Shown: positions 56,261 to 64,000 of the stretch, in pieces
Position numbering within the stretch: the stretch's first letter is position 1
Layout of the letters: each line of letters starts with the position of its first letter
Assembly: GCA_947584415.1 (NCBI GenBank)
Contig: CANPWN010000003.1
Span: 28,860 to 92,859 of the forward strand
Reading direction: 5' to 3'
Length of the DNA: 64,000 bases
Source of the DNA: an uncultured Clostridia bacterium
GTDB lineage: Bacteria; Bacillota; Clostridia; Christensenellales; UBA1242
Notes under the pieces: generated by a model
The model's input: the letters and a program-made list of their open reading frames with translations, nothing else
Databases searched by the model: none
What the model was told of the DNA's origin: nothing
Program-made: the position numbers and the translations under genes

Positions 56261-58204
56261 TTAGATTGTTATGTCGTCGGGATGAGTTAACATGTCTTGA
56301 ATATATTCAGGACAATTTTCTAATTTTGGGGCATTCAAACTTGTCAAGGACAAATTGATGCATAAAAAATCGTCTCCCACACGCTCTAAATTAGGCAAAT
56401 CCGCTATCTCTAAAACTGAATTAAATTCTAAAAAATAATTTCCTGCGTCCTTCAATTTTTGTAATGAAAGTGATTTTAATGACTTATTCCAATATAAGAA
56501 ATCGTTCCTCACTTGCTCCAAACTCGGCAAGTCAACTGTTTCCAAAACTTCATTGTTTCTTAGAAAATAACTTCCTACATATTTCAATTTTGGCAACGAA
56601 AGCGTTTTTAAACCTTTATTTCTTAATAAAAAGCCATTTCCAACTTCTATTAAACTCGGCATGTCAACTGTTTCCAATGTTTCATTATGATACAGAAACA
56701 TATTGCTCGCAACTATTAATTTTGGCAATGAAAGTGTTCTTAAACCTTTATTATACTGTAAAAAGGCATCTTCCACTTGTTCCAAACTCGGCAAGTCGAC
56801 CGTTTCCAAAACTTCATTAGTCCATAAAAAACCATCTCCTGTTTTCCTTAATTTTGGCAATGAAAGCGTTCTCAATTTTTTATTTAGGGCCAAGAAGTTG
56901 CCCCCTTCAAGTTCTAAATTAGGTAGGTCAACTATTTTTAAATCTTCGTTTTGATGCAAAAAGAAATGCCCAACTTTCTTAATTTTTGGCAATGAAAGTG
57001 TTTTTAAGCCCTTATTGCACCTCAAGAAATAATTTCCTGTTTCTTCCAATATTGGCAAGTCGACCGTTTCCAATTCTATGTTATCATACATAAAATCACC
57101 TTTTACCTTCTTTAATTTTGCCATTGAAAGCGTTTTTAGGCTTTCATTAAAGTATAAGAAATCATCTCCTATTTCTTCCACATTTGGATTGTTAAGCCCT
57201 ATCATTTGGTTTTTCTCGTTCAAAGTCAGCTCAATTTTTTCGCCTTCTTTTGGAACGATGACAACAACTTTATTGCCATTTTCATCTTTTTTTGTTGAAA
57301 TTTTGTCAATTTCACCCAAACTTTGAATAAAACTGTCGTCTTCTTCATTTTTTTCACCATATAGAGTGACAGTCCCATTTTTCTGGTCAATGATATAATT
57401 TTCTGCAACAATGTATCTCAATTTGTCAAACTCGACAACTTTTCCGTGGTCCAAAACAACATTGTTTTCACAATAACAAATGTCATCAAATTCAAGATTT
57501 ACACGATAAAATCTTCCATCATCCCCAAGGCGATAGCCGTCCAATTCAAATCCGTTTTTCCCACCTGAAAGAGAAATATCATAAGTTTCTGTAAAAGCCT
57601 CTGTAAGTCCTGGGATTATATTGTCAAGATTGTTGCCAAATGTGGCATCAGGATTGTTGACGGTGTGATTGTATCTGTTTTTTATGGACAGTGTGCTATT
57701 TCTTCCTCTTGAAAATTGTATACTTATGACACTTGTCCCATATTCATCTTGTCTTGTCGGTTTTGGAAAATCTTCCCTTCTTATTTCATCAACATTTTTC
57801 TTCACTGCAAACCAGACTCGGCAATAATCCAATCGTCCTCCACGAAAAGTGCAAAGCACTTCTCTAGGTTTATAGTATTTTTTAAATGCTTGAACTTCCT
57901 CTTCTGTTTGGCATTCTGGAAAAAGAATGTATCCTGCTTCATCCATCAATTCTTCCGGTGTTTTTTTGACAACTTCTTGCAGCGCGTCTTGTTCAACATC
58001 AACCAAACTAAAGATATAATCCTTAAATTCATCTCGACATTTTATAACATCATTATATAACGACCTTGAAGGTCCAAAATGTTTTGAAATTATGGTTGAA
58101 AGCAAACCTTCTTGCTCCAAGATGGTCGGAAAAAGTTCTCTGCAAAAATGTGCAAAATTTTCACCATAATGTTTTTTCAAAAATTTTAAGTCTTTGTTTT
58201 CCAT
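56261..58204 (-). CDS. Leucine-rich-repeat protein (22-aa repeats) with a large uncharacterized N-terminal domain
   Basis: ~13 LxxLxLPxLxxxGxxFLxxN repeats in the C-terminal half. No signal peptide or TM segment. Confidence 0.85.
   Translation of the reverse strand: MENKDLKFLKKHYGENFAHFCRELFPTILEQEGLLSTIISKHFGPSRSLYNDVIKCRDEFKDYIFSLVDVEQDALQEVVKKTPEELMDEAGYILFPECQTEEEVQAFKKYYKPREVLCTFRGGRLDYCRVWFAVKKNVDEIRREDFPKPTRQDEYGTSVISIQFSRGRNSTLSIKNRYNHTVNNPDATFGNNLDNIIPGLTEAFTETYDISLSGGKNGFELDGYRLGDDGRFYRVNLEFDDICYCENNVVLDHGKVVEFDKLRYIVAENYIIDQKNGTVTLYGEKNEEDDSFIQSLGEIDKISTKKDENGNKVVVIVPKEGEKIELTLNEKNQMIGLNNPNVEEIGDDFLYFNESLKTLSMAKLKKVKGDFMYDNIELETVDLPILEETGNYFLRCNKGLKTLSLPKIKKVGHFFLHQNEDLKIVDLPNLELEGGNFLALNKKLRTLSLPKLRKTGDGFLWTNEVLETVDLPSLEQVEDAFLQYNKGLRTLSLPKLIVASNMFLYHNETLETVDMPSLIEVGNGFLLRNKGLKTLSLPKLKYVGSYFLRNNEVLETVDLPSLEQVRNDFLYWNKSLKSLSLQKLKDAGNYFLEFNSVLEIADLPNLERVGDDFLCINLSLTSLNAPKLENCPEYIQDMLTHPDDITI
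56400..57190. repeat. 132-bp (2 x 66 bp) tandem coding repeat
   Basis: AATTTTGGCAATGAAAG-like motif recurs at 56454, 56586, 56718, 56850, 56982 and 57114. Confidence 0.85.
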
Positions 58205-58491
58205 TAGCCATAAATCCTTTTCAAAATGTATTTTTTGTTTTTCGTTTGCAAACCGATCATATCTTCTTCAGCCATTTTGTCTATATTTTTTTCATCAAAT
58301 GGTTCAAAAAAACAATGCGCAACATAGTCAAGCGATTTCGTGTTTAATAATGCGTCAGGCACAAACAACACATCACCCACTTCCGGTTTTGGCATGTCAT
58401 AAAATTCAAGCAACAGGCGATGTTTGTTTTTGCCATTTTGAAGTTCATATTCGTTGTATGGACCTATTTTTATGATTTTTAATTTTATCAT
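58204..58491 (-). CDS. Small hypothetical beta-rich protein, translationally coupled to the LRR gene
   Basis: GGGAG RBS and TATAAT upstream. TAATG stop/start overlap at 58204. Confidence 0.7.
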   Translation of the reverse strand: MIKLKIIKIGPYNEYELQNGKNKHRLLLEFYDMPKPEVGDVLFVPDALLNTKSLDYVAHCFFEPFDEKNIDKMAEEDMIGLQTKNKKYILKRIYG

Positions 58492-58611
58492 ATCCGCTCC
58501 CTTTTTATTATAGCACATAAATAAACGCTTCTCAAGCCCTTTTATCATTTTTTTTCGCTTTGGAATAGAAACAAAATTGATGCACAAAATAGTTTAAAAG
58601 TGAGGTTCAAT

Positions 58612-59040
58612 ATGTCAGATACAATAAGTTTATTGAAAGAATGTGATGCGGGAATTAAAATGGGCATTGAGGCCATAAACGAAGTGATTGAACACGTTAA
58701 AGACAAAGAGTTTAAACAAAAACTTGTCAATTACAAAAAAGATTACAATTTTTTGCAAGATGAAATTCAAAAAATGCTGGATCGTTTTGACAAAGATGGC
58801 AAAAATCCAAATCCTATTGCCAAAGGGATGTCAAAAATGAAAACAGCAATAAAACTTTCGTTTAATGATACTGATGTAACAATTGCTGACCTCATGACAG
58901 AAGGCTGCAACATGGGCGTCAAATCTTTGAACAAATATTTGAACGAATATAAAAAAGCGGATGACAAGGCAAAGGAACTTGCCAAAAAACTCATCCGCCT
59001 GATGGATAATCAAGAATTTGATATGAGAAAATATTTGTGA
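58612..59040 (+). CDS. Conserved-looking four-helix (ferritin-like) hypothetical protein
   Basis: LLKECDAGIKMG...IADL.TEGCNMGVKSL pattern. GAGG RBS. Confidence 0.65.
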   Translation: MSDTISLLKECDAGIKMGIEAINEVIEHVKDKEFKQKLVNYKKDYNFLQDEIQKMLDRFDKDGKNPNPIAKGMSKMKTAIKLSFNDTDVTIADLMTEGCNMGVKSLNKYLNEYKKADDKAKELAKKLIRLMDNQEFDMRKYL

Positions 59041-59050
59041 TTTTAACTAA

Positions 59051-61771
59051 TCAATCATTTTTGCCGCAGCATTGTTTGTATTTCTTTCCGCTGCCGCATG
59101 GACAAAGTTCATTTCTGCCGATCTTTCTTTCAGTGTTGACAACCGTTTTTTGAATTGTTGGCTTCTTGGCTTCTTCTTTCTTTTCTTCCGGCGTTGGCTC
59201 TTTGCGAGCAATAGGAGTGAAGGTTGGCCTGTTCATCTTTGGCTTTGGCTCTTCCATTTCAAAGTGGCTGACAAGCAGCAGTTGGCAGGTCGTCTGCCTG
59301 ATTTTTGCAATCATTTTTTCAAAGAGTTCATAGCCGTCTTTCTTGTAAGCCAACACTGGGTCTTGGTTGCCAAACCCACGCGAGAAAATTTCGTTTTTCA
59401 TGATTTGCATGTCGTCAATATGGTTCATCCAATTTGCATCAACAACTCTCAAAAGCACATATCTTTCAACATCCTCAAAGTTGACGCCAAAACTTTGTGC
59501 CTCTTCCATGCGCTCGTTATAACGCTTTTCAATAACCTTCAAAAGTTTTTCAGCCACATCATTGACATCACAGTCCTCAACAAACTTTTCGTTAACTGTG
59601 TTTGAGCCTTTTTCAGTCCAGCCCTTTTCCAAATCAGCGTTAATTTCGCTCAAATCCCACTCAAAATAAGGCTTGTCCTCATCAAGATGATTTCTGACAA
59701 TTTCGTTAATAATCTCAGGGAACATGCCCATGATTTGGTCGTGGATAGGCTCGCCATCCAAAACTTTATTCCTTTGCTCATAAATGATTGTGCGCTGTGC
59801 GTTCATGACATCGTCAAACTGCAGCACAGTTTTTCTGGTTGAAAAGTTTTGAATTTCAATCTTCTTTTGAGCGGTTGAAATTTGTTTTGACAGAATTTTA
59901 AGTTGAATTGGCGTTGACTCGTCAATTCTAAATGCCATGGCAATGCGTTTCATCTTGTCGCCGCCAAAACGCTTTAAAAGGTCGTCCTCCAAACTTAAGA
60001 AAAAGACACTTGAGCCTGGGTCGCCTTGACGAGCGGCACGACCACGGAGCTGATTGTCAATTCGTCTTGACTCATGGCGCTCTGTTCCAACAATATGCAA
60101 GCCGCCAAGAGCAACCACCTCTTCCTTTTCGGCGTCTGTTTGAGTCTTAAATTCTTTGTAAAGAGCGTTATATCTCTCCCTCGCCGCATTGAGTTTTTCA
60201 TCATCAACAACATTGAACGCAGTGGCGTAAGAAATTTCCTCATCTGTGAATTTTTCGTCCTGCATTTTCTTTTTTGCAAGAAATTCTGGGTTTCCCCCCA
60301 ACAAAATATCCGTTCCACGCCCCGCCATGTTTGTGGCAATTGTGACAGCACCCTTTCTGCCCGCTTGAGCGACAATGGCACTTTCTTGCTCATGGTTTTT
60401 GGCGTTCAAAACAACATGCTTAACTTTTTCGCGTTTGAGGGCTTTGGACAAATCTTCAGATTTTTCAATTGTCACTGTGCCGACCAAAACAGGCTGTCCA
60501 ATTTCATTGCAACGCTTGATTTCTTCAACAATGGCTTTGATTTTGCCAGCATAGGTCGTGTAAACAATGTCCGCTTCATCACGGCGGCGGTTTGGAAGAT
60601 TTGGTGGAATTGTGACAACATCCAAACTGTAAATTGTCCTAAATTCGCCCTCCTCCGTTTTGGCAGTTCCCGTCATGCCTGAAAGTTTGTTGTAAAGGCG
60701 GAAATAGTTTTGAAAAGTGATGGTTGCAAGAGTCTTGTTTTCGTCCTTAATCTCAACATTTTCTTTGGCTTCAATTGCTTGATGAAGGCCATCATTAAAT
60801 CTTCTGCCCGGCATAAGACGACCAGTGAATTCGTCAACAATGACAACTTCGCCGTCTTTAACAATATAGTTTTCATCACGGAACATGATAAAGTTTGCCT
60901 TCAAAGCGTTGTTAATATAGTGGTTAAGTTCCAGATTTTCAATGTCTGACAGGCTTTCAACACCAAAAAATCTTTCAGCTTTGGTGATTCCGCTTTCGGT
61001 GAGGTTGATTGCCTTGGTCTTTGGGTCAATTTCAATGTCCTTATCCTTCTTGATAGTCTTTGCAAATCTCTGAGCCTGAATATAGTCATCACTCGACTTG
61101 CCGCCCTTTCCAGAGATGATAAGTGGGGTTCTTGCTTCGTCAATCAAAATTGAGTCAACTTCGTCGACTATGGCAAAGTTCTGCCCACGCTGAACGCGTT
61201 GCTTTGGTGAAACCGCCATGTTGTCACGAAGATAGTCAAAGCCAAGTTCGTTATTTGTGCAGTAAGTGATGTCAGCATTATACGCCTGGCGTTTTAAGTC
61301 TTCTTTCATATTTGAAACAATAACACCAACGCTCAGCCCCAAAAATTTGTAAACTTTGCCCATCCACTCGGCGTCACGCTTTGCCAAATATTCATTGACA
61401 GTGACAACATGCACGCCCTTTCCTGCAAGCGCATTTAAGTAAGCCGGCAGTGTCGCCACCAAAGTTTTACCTTCACCGGTTGCCATTTCAGCAATTCTGC
61501 CCTGATGAAGAGCAATGCCCCCCAAAATTTGAACATAAAAATGCTTCATGTTAAGCACACGAAATGCTCCTTCACGCACAACAGCATAAGCGTCAGGCAA
61601 AATGTCGTTCAAAGTTTCACCATCCGCGAGTCTCTTTTTTAACACCTCGGTCTGCGACTGAAGTTCACTGTCGGACATTGCTGCATACTTGTCCTCAAGG
61701 GCAATGACTTTGTTTGCAATCTTCTTTAATTTTCTCACTTGTGAGTTGTTTTCACTTCCAAAAAGTCCCAT
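59051..61771 (-). CDS. secA: Preprotein translocase ATPase SecA
   Basis: M.TGEGKT, DEVDSILIDEARTPLIISG, GMTGTA, ATNMAGRGTDI, SEC-C GRNE.CPCGSGKKYKQCC. Confidence 0.98.
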   Translation of the reverse strand: MGLFGSENNSQVRKLKKIANKVIALEDKYAAMSDSELQSQTEVLKKRLADGETLNDILPDAYAVVREGAFRVLNMKHFYVQILGGIALHQGRIAEMATGEGKTLVATLPAYLNALAGKGVHVVTVNEYLAKRDAEWMGKVYKFLGLSVGVIVSNMKEDLKRQAYNADITYCTNNELGFDYLRDNMAVSPKQRVQRGQNFAIVDEVDSILIDEARTPLIISGKGGKSSDDYIQAQRFAKTIKKDKDIEIDPKTKAINLTESGITKAERFFGVESLSDIENLELNHYINNALKANFIMFRDENYIVKDGEVVIVDEFTGRLMPGRRFNDGLHQAIEAKENVEIKDENKTLATITFQNYFRLYNKLSGMTGTAKTEEGEFRTIYSLDVVTIPPNLPNRRRDEADIVYTTYAGKIKAIVEEIKRCNEIGQPVLVGTVTIEKSEDLSKALKREKVKHVVLNAKNHEQESAIVAQAGRKGAVTIATNMAGRGTDILLGGNPEFLAKKKMQDEKFTDEEISYATAFNVVDDEKLNAARERYNALYKEFKTQTDAEKEEVVALGGLHIVGTERHESRRIDNQLRGRAARQGDPGSSVFFLSLEDDLLKRFGGDKMKRIAMAFRIDESTPIQLKILSKQISTAQKKIEIQNFSTRKTVLQFDDVMNAQRTIIYEQRNKVLDGEPIHDQIMGMFPEIINEIVRNHLDEDKPYFEWDLSEINADLEKGWTEKGSNTVNEKFVEDCDVNDVAEKLLKVIEKRYNERMEEAQSFGVNFEDVERYVLLRVVDANWMNHIDDMQIMKNEIFSRGFGNQDPVLAYKKDGYELFEKMIAKIRQTTCQLLLVSHFEMEEPKPKMNRPTFTPIARKEPTPEEKKEEAKKPTIQKTVVNTERKIGRNELCPCGSGKKYKQCCGKND

Positions 61772-61953
61772 ATTTTCTCCTAACACCTATTTAGTTTACT
61801 AAATTTGCAAATTTAGTCAAGCAGATTAAGGCGCGGAAAGTGTCTAAACTTCAATAATTCCACTTAAATGGGTTTGACTTTGATATAAAAATATGTTATT
61901 ATGTGAATAAAGTATGGGCACTTAACGCCCTTTTAAACAAAAGGAGAAATTTA

Positions 61954-64000
61954 ATGCCAACTAAGAAAAGTGTTAAGAATAATGATAACCGAGTTTTCCA
62001 AGCCCCTTATATGATATATCAAGCAACTGCCAACCAACAAGATGGCGGTAGAATAACTCAAAATATAATCATGGAGCCGACCCCAACAAAAGACAGTGCA
62101 AATGCTCCTTATTTTTCTGTTGATTTACCTCCTGTGAAAGGTGAAGAAAAGCCTAAATCTGTTATGACAGTGCATAAGGACAAGAAAGGCAAACTCACTG
62201 CAACTTTGGTATTTGACCGGCACGGCAATCCACCATCAATAACAGAGGAGATGGCTGAGGTCTTAAGAAAGGCCAGTGAAAGGATTGTTACAAACCAAAA
62301 CACAGGAAGAACGGAATTTGAGATTACTGCAGATGAATGCTCTTTTAATTGTTCTGACGCCAATGGTAATGATTTTGCATTTTCTTGCACAATAGGCGGA
62401 CAAAAAGTTAAGATTGAAGCGCGTGCAGGCTCTTTAACCATTAAAGCTGATGGAGAAGATGCCGCAACAATGGAACTAAATTCTCCTGAAGGAACAGCGT
62501 CAAAAGTAGGGTTCGGCTTTACTTTATCACAAGAGTTGTTGAAAGATTTGCTTCAAAGCAATCCTTCGACAAAGCTAACATATAATTCCGGCAAAAGTAA
62601 GCCTACTCCGATAAATAAATTACCTGCCCCAATTTTTCGAGCACTAGGCGCTTTTAATGCAATTGATTGCACTGACGCTAGACAGACTGCACCAAGCAGC
62701 GCAACCATTGGGGATTATGAATTTTTTGGACTTGATGCCGTTGATGGCATGGATTCAAGTGGCAGCAACGAAAACAACTCTGTTCTGTTTGTAAAAACAG
62801 GCGGACAAACTTATGTGTATGATGGGTCAGGATATCATGAAATTAACCCTGGTGGAGCTGACTTCTTCATAGGCAGAACTCCATCTACTCCCCCTAACGA
62901 TCTTAACTTTTTCATATCATATAAAATTGGTACGAGGAGAGTTGACTTGCCAATAAGGCTCAAAACAAAAGATGGTAAAGCTGATTTGTATGACCCAAAC
63001 ACTGAATGTTTTATCGCGCTTCTCAAATTCTTAAGACCAACAGAAGAGGATGCGTTTGATGATTGGGATGGAAATCCTAAAAAAATTGGTGGCATATCAA
63101 TTAAAAATGATGCAAATAGGCCAAACACAACATCAAATTCGGAAAAAATATCACACCGCCCTAACCCAGGGTCAAGCAAAAATTTAAAAACCGTTGGCGT
63201 TGCTCTCGCTGTTGAATCGCCTATTATAGAAGAACAAGAAGAGCCGGAAGAACAATATATCGGTCCAAGTTCAGAATCGTTTGCTGGCGAGAGGCTGGAA
63301 AATAACATAAACATCAATGTTCACTTATTAAATCCAAATGGAACACCAGTTCAAAAAGAGGGCAGAAATGAAGTTTATAACACCACATTTTCTTTTGTTC
63401 CCGAAGAAAATGATGCAGACGCAGGATTGTTTACCATTTTAACTGCTGATAAACAACCTCTTGCAGAGGCTAGCGCTAAGGTTAAAAAATCCAATTCTGG
63501 CAATGTAACAACCACTGTAACGCTCTATGAAGACCAACTTCCTGCTGACATTATCAGCATTTTAAACAAGGCAGGTTATGTTGCTGAAAATGGCAAATTT
63601 ACTCTCTCTCAAGCACAAGTAAGGCTCACAACAACTGGCACGCAAATTGAAAGTAACACAGGTGACAATAAAGTTCAACTTAATATAGGAACAAAAGGCA
63701 TAAATGCAGCATATGGTGGCATTCCTGCAACCGAAACTGAATTTACGCCAACAGAAACAGCGTCCAGCCAATTGCCAGAAGATAAATGTTATGCAACACA
63801 AGTTAAACTTGCCGCTTTAAGTCACCCTACAACTCAATTTGTATTTAACAAAGGCAAACTATTAACAACATTTTCTGCAGACACAAAGGCTTCTGTCCTT
63901 CCCGTGGAAGTTTTGCATGCCATTGCAACTGCAGGATGTGACGGCGAACCCCCTAAACCTATTGTGAAACAAGTTGGGGAAAATTTAACATTTTTTGCTG
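61954..64000 (+). CDS. Large hypothetical protein, 3'-truncated by window edge (>680 aa; absent from ORF track because no stop is reached)
   Basis: TTGACT..TATTAT promoter, AAGGAG RBS, ATG 61954 (MPTKKSVKNNDNRVFQAPY...). Frame appears open to the window end. Confidence 0.75.
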   Translation, partial: MPTKKSVKNNDNRVFQAPYMIYQATANQQDGGRITQNIIMEPTPTKDSANAPYFSVDLPPVKGEEKPKSVMTVHKDKKGKLTATLVFDRHGNPPSITEEMAEVLRKASERIVTNQNTGRTEFEITADECSFNCSDANGNDFAFSCTIGGQKVKIEARAGSLTIKADGEDAATMELNSPEGTASKVGFGFTLSQELLKDLLQSNPSTKLTYNSGKSKPTPINKLPAPIFRALGAFNAIDCTDARQTAPSSATIGDYEFFGLDAVDGMDSSGSNENNSVLFVKTGGQTYVYDGSGYHEINPGGADFFIGRTPSTPPNDLNFFISYKIGTRRVDLPIRLKTKDGKADLYDPNTECFIALLKFLRPTEEDAFDDWDGNPKKIGGISIKNDANRPNTTSNSEKISHRPNPGSSKNLKTVGVALAVESPIIEEQEEPEEQYIGPSSESFAGERLENNININVHLLNPNGTPVQKEGRNEVYNTTFSFVPEENDADAGLFTILTADKQPLAEASAKVKKSNSGNVTTTVTLYEDQLPADIISILNKAGYVAENGKFTLSQAQVRLTTTGTQIESNTGDNKVQLNIGTKGINAAYGGIPATETEFTPTETASSQLPEDKCYATQVKLAALSHPTTQFVFNKGKLLTTFSADTKASVLPVEVLHAIATAGCDGEPPKPIVKQVGENLTFFA

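Noticed and set aside
56400-57190. CRISPR-like or DGR-like periodic repeats
   Set aside because: The period is 66/132 bp and in frame within an LRR ORF. There are no unique spacers, no cas genes and no reverse transcriptase in the window.
58562-58592. Sporulation sigma-G-like promoter (GAATA..CAAAATA) before the 58612 gene
   Set aside because: Short degenerate match in AT-rich DNA; it cannot be supported without genome-wide or expression data.

Overview
AT-rich chromosomal segment of an anaerobic Firmicute, most likely an uncultured Clostridia-type gut/rumen organism (inferred from gene content and SD/promoter style). Housekeeping blocks: glmS, xfp, rpmG-secE-nusG-rplK-rplA, argS-recR-ybaB-dnaX, tpiA-pgk-dus, rplI, prfA-prmC, rpsF-ssb-rpsR-rpmE, secA. 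Accessory material between them: (i) an orphan VirD4-type coupling protein next to tRNA-Arg(UCG); (ii) a ~5.3 kb block after the tRNA, where a DUF362 Fe-S gene and an ArsR/P1B-ATPase metal operon are bracketed by two inverted, decayed HTH+SLOG-like modules; (iii) a rubredoxin-fused [FeFe]-hydrogenase; (iv) a ~3000-aa membrane-anchored surface protein; (v) a compact four-gene operon encoding a WYL-regulator-type wHTH without WYL, a Cys-rich small protein, a GIY-YIG-like protein and an FtsZ GTPase-domain-only paralog, which is my best candidate for an undescribed system; (vi) two tandem proteins made only of helicase-associated (HA)-like repeats, inserted between rpmE and prmC; (vii) an LRR protein with 132-bp DNA periodicity; (viii) a large ORF running off the right end. 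dnaX is split at an A9 run (probable slippage/-1 frameshift). Several genes look leaderless, and several enzyme homologs have lost catalytic residues. No CRISPR array, rRNA, transposase or integrase was seen. All family calls come from motif recognition by eye, not database searches.
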